This document shows positions 1-15,300 of a DNA stretch of 64,000 bases, piece after piece. Position numbers and translations under genes: made by a program. The stretch lies in the NCBI GenBank assembly GCA_030141605.1, contig JAQGDQ010000265.1:124001-188000 (forward strand), given 5' to 3'. The notes beneath the pieces were generated by a model. That model was not told where the DNA came from. It saw only the letters and a program-made list of their open reading frames with translations, and searched no databases. The DNA comes from Tubiluchus corallicola (taxonomy: Eukaryota; Animalia; Priapulida). Within the stretch, counting starts at the first letter, position 1. Each line of letters starts with the position of its first letter.

Positions 1-333
1 CTAACATATAATGTCAAGTTTATAAATACGAACTATTATTAAACTAATATTTTATTTTGAATGCACAGCAAATATTTGCTTGGCTTGTTTTGTTTTCATT
101 ATTGGTACACCTGCACTTTTCTAGAAGACAACAACATAAACTGTTCTTTAATTCTTTCATCCTTTAAGCAAGGTCAAAAATTAGCAGCTAAAATGAAACA
201 TTGTGTCAGTTAAGATCAAAAATTCATCATTAAAATGAAATGTTAATCATGAGGTGAAGGCACATTTGACAAAATTTCATTTTCTTTACAACTATCACTA
301 AGTGTTGTTACTGTACTACATTGTTAATTGCAG

Positions 334-3300
334 GTAGTCCAACTGAAAATGGCCCCATGCCAGAAACTGAAATTCACTCAGATTATGTAGAGATAACGTC
401 TGTTCCACCGCTGCCTCTATTTGCATTGCTTCAAGCTGACAAAATAGCCAACCTCAGTGTCAATATCCATGGACAGATCGAATCGGAAAAAGGAGATGTA
501 AGCATCAAACGATATGATTTTTTGCTGTGCTTTTTGCTTTTATACCATTTATTTTATATATTTATATTGTGTTTTGAAACACAAAAGCTTAGTGTTAATG
601 ACATTTGAGTTTTCGTTGCTTAGTTTTGAAAAATATCGTAGTTTTTAACTTTAGTATATATAAGGTTTGATGTAAGACAAAAGATGTAACTAGAGGTTTG
701 GTATTAGTGGTGGTGGTGGTAGTCATGCTGGTAGAGCGGTCGTGCTGGTGGTAGTGGCAGTGGCGGCAGCAGCAATGGCAATGAGGAGGAGGGGAAGAAG
801 AGAACGGATAAAAAGTTACTTGGAGTAAACAAGAATTTGTCACATGTTGAGACCTGCTTGCAGTGAACCAGACTGTATAAACAAAGAGTGAGATTTTGTA
901 TTGTGGTGAACAAGCATTTTTTTGGCACTTCTGCATTTATTTAGGAATACAGCACTTTGTTTGATGGGGGAAACGAGACTGACGAAGAAGACCCATTCGT
1001 CATTGGTAGCCCCGCACGTAACAGAGTTAAGTCGGGAGGACAAGCTCAAAATCCAAATTATTTTGGTCCACAACAGGTATGCACATTACTTTGTTTTATA
1101 GTATTAACTTTAAATTTTTTGAGGTTTTTAACTGTTTCTTAGGATTTTTGTTTTTGATGCATTATTTGGCTGCAGTGCCTTATAAATCTGCTTAAAATTT
1201 CCCAGTGGCTGCTCTTGTTTTTAATAAAATAAAATTAGAATTTTTTAATCTACATTTGTTTGTACTTATTAAATGAGCTTTGCTTTATTTATCATAAAAA
1301 ACATTAAAACTTTACTCATAAATGCATTTTTAGGGTTTCATGGCTTTGACACATTTCTTGATGTTATTATTAAGTTTTTTTTGCAGAATACATGAAGCTA
1401 CTTCCTTTTAATAAATAACTTTGTTTATGTTTTGCTAGTAATTACAATTGCATTTTTACAGACTCAGTTGCTAACCAAGTACCTTACATACACCCTTCTG
1501 CCAGGTCTGTCTAGGATGGAACAGATGCATCTGCTTGCTATTGCTGATACAGTAGCATCAACGGATGCTGACATAGGTGATCGGTATGATGGAGATGGTG
1601 AGTTGGACATCATCATAACTATAATGAGATTTTGACATAATTATTTTCTCATTATTGGTGTTTCAACAGGCAGTTTTAATTAACAAAAGCATGTCTTTGT
1701 ATTAAAATTTTGATATTAAGGGAATTTTTATGGAAAATCATTTTTGTATCTTAATAAGGGATGCTAATAAGGATTGTTTTCGTTAAAAACATTTCATTCT
1801 ATATTCAATTTGACTGATTTAAAAATTTAAAAGAAGGGGAAATAAAGGAAAATTGCAGTGCAAGGAAATTATTTCTTTATTACTGCATTTTTCTATGATG
1901 TAGCATGTTATTTATTTGTAAATCTATTTATCTATTGTGTTTATAATTTAAATTTGTGAATGAGAATATGGTGCTGATTCGGTATTGACGTATTAGGGTT
2001 TGTGAAAACATTTATTTGCAGCTACTTGCGTGAATGGATGTATTAACAATTGTTATTTGTTTTTTTCTAGCTTCAAAGAGCAGCGCAAGTAGGGAATCAG
2101 CAGGAATGGGGCCTGGAGGAATGGGTGGTGGTTATGCGTCAGTTTCCAGTAGTGCCCCAAGCACAGGTATTATTACCATTACATTTTCTCTTAAATATAA
2201 TAAAAACTAATTTACTGCCAACTTATATCTACCATGTTATGCATTAATCTCACTTACAGTGATTAATTTGCTTGCTTTTGTTAAAGATACTATTGATGAC
2301 TGTGGATTGAGGTTTTTGCTGGCAATGCGCCAATACATGTATCTTCAGCGTTCACTGCCTCCCGGACAACGTTCTCAGCTTCAGCAGTTAGGTTTGTGGT
2401 CATTTATTTAGCCCGTTCGGTATGATCTCCATGGTTACTGGCATAATACATCTGCCAGCTCAAGATAACTTTGTTTATTTACTATAGATTTATGATAATG
2501 TGCCACCATCTTGGTGTTTTTTTTATAATAACCCTCATGCATTGGGATTGTTGGAAGTAATGCAATGATCTTATTTCAAGTGTAGCACCAAATATTGTCA
2601 AAAATTGCATCTTTCTTTCATTAAATGTAATATATTTGCATGTCTCGTGCTGTGTTCTGGTAAGCTCAGCTTGTAGTTTGTTTTGTAGGCTTGTCGTCTG
2701 CCACGTTTGCCTGGGCTCTTCACTCAGAAGCCCAAGAGGAACTTCTCATGATGATTCCAGCTATGCAGAAGGGAAATCCAAAGTGGGCTGATCTGCGAGA
2801 AATGGGCTTTGGGTGGTGGTGCAAGAACAACAACGTCTTGCGAAGAGCCATTGAAATGGTACCATCTTTGCACATTTTTATCTTATTTAATTCATGCTGC
2901 CACTACAATGTCGTAGTATGCATTTTGCACAGTGCATTTTTTCTTTTCATATTTCATGGTCACTTTCACTTTTCATTTTTCACTTTTTCAATTTTCACCC
3001 AGGCCATAATGATTAGTACCAGGCGATCAATTGCAGAAATAATCATTTGCTTACAATCTGCACTAGTGCATATATGGTGATTTTGTGGGCAGGCAGGTAG
3101 TGTGCTATAGGCATCTTTTGTTTTTTAGGTTGCCAAAGCAGCATTTACATCGCAAAAGGAACCGCTCGATGCAGCTTTGTACTACCTGGCAATGAAGAAG
3201 AAAAATATTGTTTGGGGACTTTTTAGGTAACATGTCCTTATTAGCATATAGCTATTACAAGTTTTTATAAGATTGTCTTAGCATAATTCATAAGCAAAAG

Positions 3301-6300
3301 TGGAAAACCAACTGTGTTTTTTTTATTCCTGAGGACTGATATTTTGCTTCAGGTCAGTGACCAATTCAAGAATGCAGGAATTCTTCGGCCACGATTTTGC
3401 GGAGGACCGGTGGCGCCGTGCTGCCTTGAAAAATGCTTTTGCCTTGTTAGGAAAGCAGAGATTCGACCATGCTGCGGCATTCTTCCTTTTAGGTGGTGCT
3501 GTACGGGATGCCATTGAGGTGAGGAACTACAAACTCATCTGAAATCTTTTTGTTATGATGTTGAAAGCTATCTTTTACCAAACATATTGTTTTTGTTATG
3601 TCAGCAAATATGGCAAGACCATTACAATATATCCCTTATATTTCCATGGGTGTGGCAGGAAAATGTGTTCCTTTGCTTAGGTAATCAATGTTTAGTTCAT
3701 TAATACGAGGAATCGTATTACGATATGGACAAAGTATAATTCATGCATTTTTTCTTTCTCGTAGGTTTGCCTTAACAATATGGATGACGTTCAGCTAGCC
3801 TTAGTTATTGCACGGCTATATGAAGGTGATATTGATACGACAATACCGCCTGCACAAAAGCGTATTCTTCACGAAGAGATTTTAGGTGATTTTACAGTGT
3901 GTTTGTTAACGTCTGAATTTAACATATATTTGCCATTTTGTTAAATATCCTATCAAAATAGCAAATTTCTTTAGAAGCATAGTTTTTTTTTCTAATAAGA
4001 AAAAAGATAAAGTTTTTGCTTGTTATTATGGCATATTTAACAAATTCATGTCGTTCTTGCTACATTAATTCGAAAGTTATAGTAACTTTAAACAGTACTG
4101 AACTTTCCAACTAATTAAACGGTCATAATAGTAAATTTCTGTTTTTTTTCAAAGAAAATGGCATAATTGTAGACTTCATTGATGTCTCAACAGTCTAATT
4201 AACAATTAATTTAGCAAAGTCTGTAAACTTTAACACGTGGCAGTAACAAGTAATTACAAATGATATCATTGCATATATATTGTGTATCTTATTACCAGCT
4301 TTTGAAATATTTCTTCATGACTTTTTAATGCTCTTTGAATTACATTTCTGCAGGTTGCAATAAAGATGGTGAATGCTACGACCAAAATAAGTGCAGCTCT
4401 GATCCGTTTTTACGCAGCATGGCATACTGGCTACTACAAGATTACTCCAAATCATTAAGCACGTTATTAGAAACTAACATTGGCCGTTGTTCAGCACCAG
4501 CTCCAGAAGACGACGTATATTATGCAAATCCCAGCGTGTTCAACTTTTACAACTTTCTTCGCATGCATCCGCTGATTATACGGCAACGGCTTGCCAGGCT
4601 GCAGGTGGGCAAAGCAAAAGGAATGGGTGTAATACTTAGCGGCTTTACACGCAACACTGGAAAATTAGGTAGCAACGATAAAACAATTACCGTTGAGGAC
4701 GAGATAACATGGGTGGAACGACGTCTGTATTTTACGACTGCTCATACCCATTTTAAGGCCGGGTGTCCAGCTCTGGCACTAGAAGTTTTGACAAAGTTGC
4801 CACGAGTGAGTGAGACGACTGATGAAGATACAATGACTGCAGAAGAGAAGTCACCCACTGTTACAGATAGCAGGATTCAATCGGGAAATTTAGCAAATGG
4901 AGGAGTTTTGGAAGGTCACACTGCTGACAGCTTTGACTGGAGTTCCCCAATAACAAATACAGCCGATGCAATTGACTGGAGTTGTCGTAATAACACAGCA
5001 GCTGCTGGAGAAATAGACTGGGGAATACCATGCCATAAAAAGGAGGAGGAAGAGTTGAAGTTGGAGTGGAGCGATGATGATGATGGCAATGATGAATTGT
5101 CTGATGTGGAGAAAGACACTACCAAAGGAAAAGTGACTTCAACTCCTCAGGTATGACTGTTTAACTGGTCTAGTAACACCTCGAAAAACTGAAATAGTTA
5201 AATGGGTTCATCAAATGATTTGTAGACTGATAACTCAATATTTTGACCGTCTACCTGCAATCATACTGAAGAGCATAATAATTATAGAAGTTTAAATCTA
5301 AGTGGAATACATTGCATAAAACAATAGATAAACAAATTTTTCATAAAACAAGCACATAACACTAACTACATCAAAACAGAACGCAGTACCCCATGACGAC
5401 GACAAATTTTTGGAGAACCTCATATCATTTTGAGAATTGAGAGTATGTCCTACAGTGCGTGCGGCATGTAAACAAGTTATTTGACAGTCGGTTTGTTTTG
5501 GCTACTGTCGTATTCAGTGGTTTAGATGCAATATGACACATTATTTACCCAGTGAATGGTTAGTTGATAATAACATGGTCCACCAACCTGAATATTCATT
5601 GTTATTGTGGCAAACTACACTCTTGTGTTGATTAAACCTCATTTTTAGAAAATTTTGAGTTTCCCAAAAGTAAAGTTTGTTATCTGTCAACAACTATCTG
5701 AAATAGTTGAATACCTTTAACTATTTCACTCATCAGGTAAATATAAAACTTCTGATAAAAACACTAATGAATATTTGATTAGAATCTAATGTTAATTTTT
5801 AAGGTAATGATTGATTTTTTCAAGCTAGTAAGATATCATAGTTTTGAATCATTTATCATTTTATAGGGACCTCATCCAGATGAGGAGGAAGACGGTGCTT
5901 CGTCGAAACCAAAGAAGATGGACATCATGGCTCAGCAGCTGAAATTTATAGCTTGCCTGAAAATATTTATGGAAGAACTTAGTACTCTAGCTACTGGTTT
6001 TGAGGTATACAGTCAAATATGTTGCTGCATTGCATCAGCTGCAGTGTTCCATCCGCTGAAATTACAAAATAGGTTTTGTTTGCCATTTGCAGATAAGTAA
6101 TAATGTTGTAGCTGGATTTGCTTTGATATTTCACTTTGATAAGTGGCCACGTCCTAATCTGGTACTGCAAGTTGTTGAATTGTGATTAGTCTAACTGCAT
6201 CGTTTACCTGTTCACTTATTGCATAAAATTATTGTATTATTCATATTCATTTGGTAATTTATTGTATTTAACATTTAGCTTGTTATATTTAGTATATGTA

Positions 6301-9300
6301 TATCAGCATAAGCTTTTTAGTTCTCAACAGATATGAATGGGCCAGTGTATTGTTTCTATTCAAATACAAATCTTTTGTCATCCATTACAATAATTTAGAA
6401 CTTTAGTCCTCCCATAATCTGTGCCAAATTATTTGTAATTGAATAAAAACCATCGATTGACCTATTCACATCTGTTTAATATTTCAGAATGAATTGTCAA
6501 GTTATTCATTGATAAAGTGATTGGCTAGTGAATGATTTTACATTTGATTTCTTATTTAGAATTCTATGTATACTGTTTAGGTTGATGGAGGACAATTAAG
6601 ATACCAGCTGTATAATTGGCTTGAGAGGGAAGTAGAAGTACTTCGTATTTTATGCAATTACGGTGTGGATCTCACCAACTGCCTAGATACTCCTGGTCAG
6701 TTTTTGTATCGCTTCTGATTTTCCCGTATAACTTTATGCAAAAATAAATATAAATTGCAGACTTTCCGTTGTGCTTTCTTGGGATGTCAAAACGTTCCGT
6801 CAGAACCGGAGCTGCGAAACTGAATATAAATTGGAGCTTTTGAGTCCCTGAAGTCATTAGTCGCTTTAGATCTGACCAGATTTTTTTTAGAATTAACGGC
6901 TTAGTTTTGACTGCAGAGGCAGTTCGGTGGCGCTTTATTACAAAGGCAGTTATACACTTTTACATTTAGATTTTTTGGCAAAATTACTTTGCTGCCTTTT
7001 TTTGATAATTTTATCCTACTTGAAATGCACAAATGTCACCGTATTCAGTTTCAGCTGGTGCCCAAATTACGAAATCTTATGGAAAAACGCGCACCCCAAG
7101 CCATTCGAATAAGATTTACAAAAACACCTAAAACATCGACATTTGATCCTGATTCAAAAATTTTTTTAAACCAAGATTCAGTTTAGATTCGGATTCGGTA
7201 ATTTCAGATTCGTGACATCCCTACTACTTTCTGTTGTAGTGAAAAAAGTGAAATTGCTGCAGAATACTGTGATTTTTTTTAGTAATTTTTTGTACATTAT
7301 TTAGTTGCCTCATATAATCCAAGAACTCTCTAAGATATGCTTATAGAGATACTTTTTTATTTTATGGATTAGTTTATGAGCTGTGTAATAAAGCAGATGC
7401 AGCCCTAGAAGAATTTACTGAATGAAAAAAACTGGTTTTCAAAGCTTTTATCCCAAACGTAATATCTGCATGTATGAATATAGTTAGCCAGTTGCCAGTT
7501 TAAAGAGCTGTTTGGGATTATTTTTAACTAGTCATCAATTAAACAGTTATTCTGCACAAGTCAAAATCAATATTTTTGTAACTAACAAGACTTCATTTTT
7601 AAATTTTGTTTTAGCGTTTGTTTCACATGCAGTTGTTATTCATACCTTGTTCTAATTTGCTGCAGAAGTTGCCACTGCTGAACCTGGTAAAGAGGAAGTT
7701 GATTTCGATCTCCGATTGACTCCTCGGCGTCACAACTCCGGAGCTTGTGGCCCCAGTCTTCACGAAGTCATTCTTGCGGACAAATTGGATTTCGAAGCTA
7801 AATGCCAGCATCTTGCAAAACGCAAGCGCTGGCTTCTTTCAAATCAGCAACTTCTGCGTACGCTGCTCAGTTTCTGCAGTCTGCATGGCTCGCACGGAGG
7901 TGGCCTTGCATCTGTTCGAATGGAATTGATGCTTCTTTTACAAGAACTTCAACAGGAAAAGACTCAGCAACAGTTGTTGTCACCGTTACCATTTCCCACA
8001 ACACTGCCCTTAGTGTCAGCCATTGTCGCTAGTCACAAAACTGTTATGGTTAATCCTATTCGTCATCTACAGAATCTCTCTAATGACATCTTGCACATGT
8101 TAGTGGAACTCAATATGCCTCCGAACTATAATAATAAAATCAGGAAGGTGTATTGCATGAAGAACTTGGCCGTGGCTTTGTCTGCTTGCATCTACCAGAG
8201 TCTATGTGATAGTGACACTCTCACCTGGAAAGCTGTAAAGCATGATGTGGGCATGGAAGGATTTACAAGGTCAGTTGTTTTTAGTATAAGTATGATTTCG
8301 TCACATTACGTTTTGAATTTCGTAGTATGCATAATACAGTGTGGAGAAGTAGCATATGTGTGTCTTCTATTAGAAACGAACTTCTAAGTTGAATTGAACT
8401 TCTGAATTGAATTGAATTAAGTGATTATGATCTTACTAATGTTGTTGATGAATTCTTTTTGATGAACATAGTGAGTCATATATTGGCAACACTACTCACC
8501 AATATATGAGTTATTGCAGCCATAAATGAGGCATCCAGCATTTGTATGCTGTTAGGTGACAACGTTGACAACTAAGTAAATGTGAACAGGACAAGCAGAA
8601 ATTTTAATATGCTGCTGTGTATAGTCTTTTTGGTTGTTTAGGCTTGCCACTTTGTGCCTTTTGTACTTGTTATGTTTCTATGATGAATTGGACGGTTTGC
8701 AAGGAGCAACAGTTTGTTTGCTTTTGGAATTTTCTTAAATCAGAATAGTACAATACTAATAATTGAATTCATGACTCTGACAAATCTACTTGTCTAAGTA
8801 TTTATTTTTACGTAAACGTTTTGGTGAGTTAATGCCATATAATATTTTATACAACACTACATAGGTTTTTCATAAAAGTTTTGTTTTTTAAACTTCTAGT
8901 ACCAGTGTTGTGTACCAAGACAGTTTTCTAATGGGGCAGCCAAAGTGGAAAAAGTCTCGCTACCCTAGTGGTGACTACACCGTGAAAACTGCTACATCTC
9001 CTCCATCCAAGTGGCCGGGCACTACTCCACTTCGCTCCTTGTTGGCTCGAGAACGTGAACAAGATACGCAAAAGCCTAACGTACTGCTGTGCGAAGCCTT
9101 CGTCTCTGTATATCTTAGCTTGTTAGTTTATGCACTTTCTACTTATGATGCATCTATGCTGTATCGGCTAGTGTCTCACAAGTTTGGCGAAGCCATGTGG
9201 AACGTCTTATTTGGTGGAGGGGTGAAGAAGCTGTTAAAAGTTGTTCCTTTGGGCTCTTCTACGCCTCCATTATCAAGTAAGTTGTAACATTTTATGTGAG

Positions 9301-12300
9301 ATATAAATTGTATGCAAACATTTTTATCTCTACACCAATGTATTAAGTCCATGCTTAGCCTCTCCTCGTTTAGTAGATATTCATTTTAGTGATTTTTTTT
9401 ACTAAACAAGGTATTGATTACACAATTTTGCTTCCTTTTTTTCAATTAGTCTTACCTTGAGCTCTGAAATTTTATTCAGTTAGGAATGGTCTCAATTACC
9501 TCTTATTTTGAGTAACTTTTATGATGGCAATAAATATAAAATTTCTATGTGAATTTCAGTGTCATTGTTTATATTAGCTGCCACAGTAAAATTTACCAAT
9601 AAAAGGTTTAAAAATAATAAAACACACATTCTCCTTTGCAGCATCGTTAGTTGTAGACATTGGACATCTTAGCTGTAATAGCATTAAAAGATAAGATGTT
9701 TAATTTAATTACATATTTTTTATATGTGACAGTGTATAAATTGTTAACTATGTTATAATTATTTTATTATCTCCTGCAACGTGTGTTTACATTGGCCAGT
9801 TTTTGTCGTTAAAAGGATCGTTAGAATCATCTACTGATGCTGATTCCGATAAGAAAAAGAGGGTGAACCTACACATGAAGTTTATGTCTGGTGGCATAAA
9901 TGCTACATACCAAGCCAATTATCCCCAAACTAGTCTTGTGCCACATGATAGTCGACCTACCTATAAGGAGAGCTTTGTTCCACCAGAATATAGCATGGCA
10001 AGCTATTTCATGACCAAGGTATCTATTTTGATTCGCAGAAGTATCATATTATTATTTCTCCATATTATATGGCATGCATTTATAACTCTGTGGTATTATA
10101 TTAACATTTACAAGTGATTACAGTAGGCAAGTGCAGATGAGGCCGTTTAATCAATAACGTAAGATACTTCATTTTTTTTTACAGCCGACAGGGTTAGAAA
10201 AGATAAACGAAGTAGATTATGACTCTGAAGAATCTGCCGACAGCACAGAGTCAGAAGGTGAACAAGATGACGAAGATGAAGGACTTGTTATGAAGGTAAA
10301 TGACATCACAGTGCAAAGCCTCAGTATTCGAATTTAGCAGTTTGTTTTTGAATGTTGTGATAAAATCAAAAACTTTTGGAATTAAGGTTTACAATCATTG
10401 CTGACTGTACAAATTTTTTCAGTTTTCAGTTGCAAAATTTATTTATTTACGCTTTAAAGCAAAAATGTACATCAGTGTTACAACAAAATCATCTGCACAA
10501 TAAACATACATGCATAATACAGTATTACAATAAGTCACATGTATAAACCTTATTTTAACTAACCACAAAACTTGAGCAGTCATAACGAGACTGAACTGGC
10601 ACATCAGAAAGTTACAGATTTAGGTTAGTACTTGAACACGATGGACCACAGAAATGAGCTGAAATCTGTAATAAAAATTATAAAAAATTATTTTGTCATA
10701 CAATTCATTGTGATTATGCTTGCCATTTCTTTGATATACAGTTTTTACATACTATTTCAACAAAACTCTAGCTTATTGTAAAGAATAATCTTCTGAGATA
10801 AGATATTTTGGTCCATCAGATGTTTATATTTTTCCTAACAAAAGAAATAACCAGTGGCAGAGTGGCCGAAAAAGACCTAGAAGCAATTTGCCTGATGGTC
10901 ATCCATTCATTTCCTAACCACCCCCGTATTGCTTAATTCTAGTTGCTGAATATCATCACTCAGCTGTCTTTTTCACCCAGCATTGTGCAATTTTTGTTAA
11001 TTTTTTCTGATAGTTTATAAAAGTTTTATTGTTTTAGATTGACAGCCAGGAGCACTCAGATCCGAATTCCTACAGTTGGTGTATTCTTCGTTATGCAATT
11101 GTCAAACATGTAGTGTCGGCCATGAAAGGCTTTTTGCCTATGACAGGCCTGGACCTTAATGGTATGTTAATTTTTGTAGGTAGAAGAGTTTCAGAATTAA
11201 AGAAGGTGTAAAATTCATAAGTTTGAATGATAGTTTATCTTCTTAATCTAATAGTAACCAAATGTGTGACCTTGAGCTACATAAGTTGCTAGTTGTAAAC
11301 TTTATATCTTGCTTTTAAATTTAATTTAACAATTAACGTATTGGTTAAAAATTACATGCAAATATTGGCGTTTTCTGACACACGACTACTGCTGTTGACA
11401 CTGGCTGTTTGACTTACATACATATGGAGAGATGGTAGACCAAAACCATTGACTGTTCAACATATCTTTCTTAGCAACATATACTAGTAAAAACGATTTT
11501 TGTGGTATTGTGATTAGTTGTTTTTGCATCTCTCTAAGTCTTTAAATTTTTTGCATCACCCTGTACGTTTTTAATCACTTTACTGTTGAATAATTTATTT
11601 TTAAGTCACCTTTATAATGCCAACTTCATATCGCAGTAAAATCTATATCGTGAATGTCCTACTGATGCAGCTTTTGTGAAACTGTTGATTTTACTTGGAA
11701 TTTGACATTTAGATGCAGCTTAGCAAAGTAAAGTTAGAAATAAGTTTTTTAAAGTTCAAAACCAAAGTACAGATGTAGCAAAAATTGCTTTTCGTAGCTT
11801 TGATTTTGTTGTAATTTTCTGCAATGAATAGTCAAAGCTCTGGTAGTTATTTATGAGGATTTTTTTAGTCTTATTTAGTGTTGCTTTATCGTCAAGAACT
11901 TTGCTTTTCATGTTTAACTAACTCACCATCGTTTATTTATGTGTAGCATCATTTGTGTTTGCTTATAACTTAAAAGAATGAATGCACAAAAAATCAACAC
12001 AAGCTTGATAAGTTCTTTACAGCTGGTCTCTCTTTTTCTCTGACGAGGATGTAAAGTTGAAAGATTAACTGTTCTTTGTGCATTAATTCTTCTATCGAAT
12101 ATACAATGAAGCTATACAGATCAGCACTTCATGGTATTACTTTTCAATATTATACATAGTATAACTTATTTATGCATAATTATGTGCAGTTATGTCAAAA
12201 TGATTATTCATTTGAAGATCTTCCTGTCACTTCGCCGCTAGTACATCACGTTCTCAAGTCCATGGAACACTGGGAGGATGTTCTGGAACACAAGATGAGC

Positions 12301-15300
12301 ATGTTCGACAGGCCTCCTGAAAATTACATTCCTCATTGCTATGTGGACACGAACATTGGACAAGAAGCACCCACTATTAACAAGTACAAGCAGATACTCG
12401 AATCGAACAACACTCCTTTTACGTAAGTGTTTCTAATAAATTGATAAATGCTGTGTTTGCCTGTATTTCCTCCTTATTTCTATTTCAGATTCAGCTGTTC
12501 TTACAAGCTATTATAAGCTTCTTGAATTGCTGCAGTAGTATTAACATAAATAGATACTAATTGTTATCATTATACCCGTTAATTTGAACTAAAATTATGC
12601 AATGATGTACATTATATGTATGTAAAATGCATGTTATTAGTATGATATACTATTGATGTGAAATAAATAAATTGAAATTTAAATATTTACGTTGAGAATA
12701 GAATACTACATGATTTTCATCTGATTGTAGTACGTTGTCTCATGTTGTTGTCCAAGCCAAATTTGAATAATTTCGTAGTAATTTAGTGCATTGCAAAAAT
12801 TCTGCTGGTTCTATTTAACATGGTCATGTTATTTCTTTTGTTATATATTGAAATTATTAATAATAATTTCCATTGTAGTTTAATGATTATCTCTTGTTTG
12901 TTTTCTTAATGAGGAGTAATATTTCTCTCTATAAATTTTATTTTCATAATTTTGTTACAATCAAACATGAACACAATTGTTTGTGACCTGTTCTTTAATC
13001 CCGGTTTTCCTTTCCATGATAGTCAGTCATGACTGTATTGTCCTTATTTTCATTGCCTTTGTTTCACATGTGGTCAGCAAATTTCTCCTGTTCAATTGAA
13101 AATAATTTGTCCAATTATTAGAAAAAAATTTGTATTCTTTAGTGGTGAGCATTCTCTGCAAGAAAGGAATTCGAATCGAACCGAATTTGTGACTTTCGAA
13201 TTCGCATTGAACCGAATTTCAGTATTTCGAGTATGTTGAATTGAGATTGAAAGATTTTCGAACAATCACTGAAAATTGGTCTCACAAAGATCATGCATAT
13301 TACTCGATTTTGTTCTTTAGTAAAACCACTAATAATGTGTTCAAAAATTGTGCACAGAAATCACACCCAAATTGTACTAATTGCATGATATTTCAAACGT
13401 TTTAATGATAAAGAACGATGTAGTTGAAAGGCTGAATTAATCTATTTCAAACGCAAAAAACTCGTTCGAATCGAATTCAAACATTCGATGCTCACCCCTA
13501 GTATGTATTATTATGAAGATGGCTTGGGTGTAAGCTATCGAATGTAATGTTACAGTTGGGACTCATTTTTGGTTTTGCATTGGCAGATAAAGTTTGTGTG
13601 TTTACCCATTCTTTGTATGCCTTAATTTGTGTAACATAGTTCCATTGCATCTCTACATCTCTTGTAATTGAAGTAATTCGTAATTTGTAATTTGTAATTC
13701 ACATCATCAACAGGGCTGTTTATTTTTTTCCAGTTCTCGTCACAGGGCAGCACTACCTGTCAAGCGCTTGTGGATCTATCTTGTCCACCAGGATTCATTG
13801 CTCGACATATTTGTGCGCTACATATTTCATAAACAGCAGCCTCTTAAGGTAATTTATAAATTGAAATAAATTCGGAAACATACCTTGAAGTATCAGTTAA
13901 TATTTGTGGAAATACAAGAAAGGCGCTTAAAAAATAGAGAAATTTGGAACAACGTAATGCAAATGCAGATTTGTTTCGGAGTTTTTTGTACATATTCTTT
14001 TATATGCAACACTGCAATTTTGTGGGAACCTGTATTTTGATCTTGAGCTATCATCATAAGATCTTGAACCATTATCGTTCAAATTTGAGTTGTTTGGCAT
14101 CAATCACAGTTGTAGATAGGTCAGGCTTTTATTTCTTGCCAGAAGTGCAACAAACTTCAAAGGCTGGAAACTTCTCTAATTGAAACGGTGGTTAATTCTA
14201 TTTTCTGTGAAGTATCGTTCTATAGAAAAGGTAATAATTATTGCATTATTTGCTGCATTTAATATGCAGTAAGTACTATGCTTACTGTACTTCAGGCTGT
14301 TTGCTGAATTTTTGTGCTCAATTGCAGTATGATCATGAACAACCAAATTCTAAACTGTTAAAACGTGTGCATTCATTCTATTATTAAACTCTTTTGTCTG
14401 TTTTTCCTTATTACAACTATAAAAATATTTTCAGCAAAAATTTCGTTCTGAAAGTAGATGATGCGTAAAACTAATAAAGCTTAGCTTAGTACTGCTATTA
14501 ACATAAAAGTCTCACAAAAATATTGAATTGTCATGTGTACGTATATCATGGCAATTTATACTCATTAATGTGCAAATGCAAATTGAGCTCATATTGAAGA
14601 AAGTCATTCACACAAGTTCATGAATTAAAACTGTCGAAGATTTGGCAATGATTGCACAGCTTATTTTCAGACAGGCTTGGAAAAACTAATTCAGCTGCAT
14701 TGCTTTGACTTCGTATGTTTGAATATAAACTATGGATTGCTTCGAATTTATTTCTGTTTTACACATTTCTTATTTAGCTTTTATATTCCTTTTGCGAGTT
14801 TTTTCAGTTAACTGAATGATAAAAATGTAATCACCAGTGTTTGGCTTTTCCGTGCATTATTTTAATGATTTTAAAAAAAACTAGAATAACTGTTTTGTTA
14901 CAACAGAGTGATTCCTTTAGAGAATGTGACATTTGCTTGTACATACCTATTAATTACCAGTTCTGCTTACCATGTGCCTTTAGGCAATATATTTTCTTAC
15001 CTTACCTGTCATCCTGCTGTTTTGTGTAACTGAAGCATCCTGTCATTCCTTTTGAACTACTTGTGTCCTGTCAACATTAAACTAAATGTTATTTACCCAA
15101 GCAGTGCAGTGTATTTTGTTTTTACTGCAATTTTTTTGTTTGTAGCATTAATTGTTTTGTTTCTTAAAAAGTCGACTGCTTCTTTTAATGTCTTATTCTT
15201 TTGCTACCATTACCTGTTAGGTAGAGGCGAAGACAGCAGCTCCACGTGTGTCATCAATACGACGAGTGCCCAGCATGTTAAGCCGCACTAGTTTGCAGGC

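Noticed and set aside
595-936. His/Cys/Pro-rich minus-strand ORFs (595-936, 704-928)
   Set aside because: They are translations of an intronic triplet low-complexity tract, with no splice signals or recognisable homology.
8680-8780. Possible intronic C/D snoRNA (ATGATGA ... CTGA)
   Set aside because: No convincing terminal stem or recognisable rRNA guide; these motifs are expected by chance in AT-rich DNA.
14907-14925. Possible DMXL microexon after tgttacaacag|
   Set aside because: The nearest donor (gtgaca) gives 19 nt, out of frame, and is weak.
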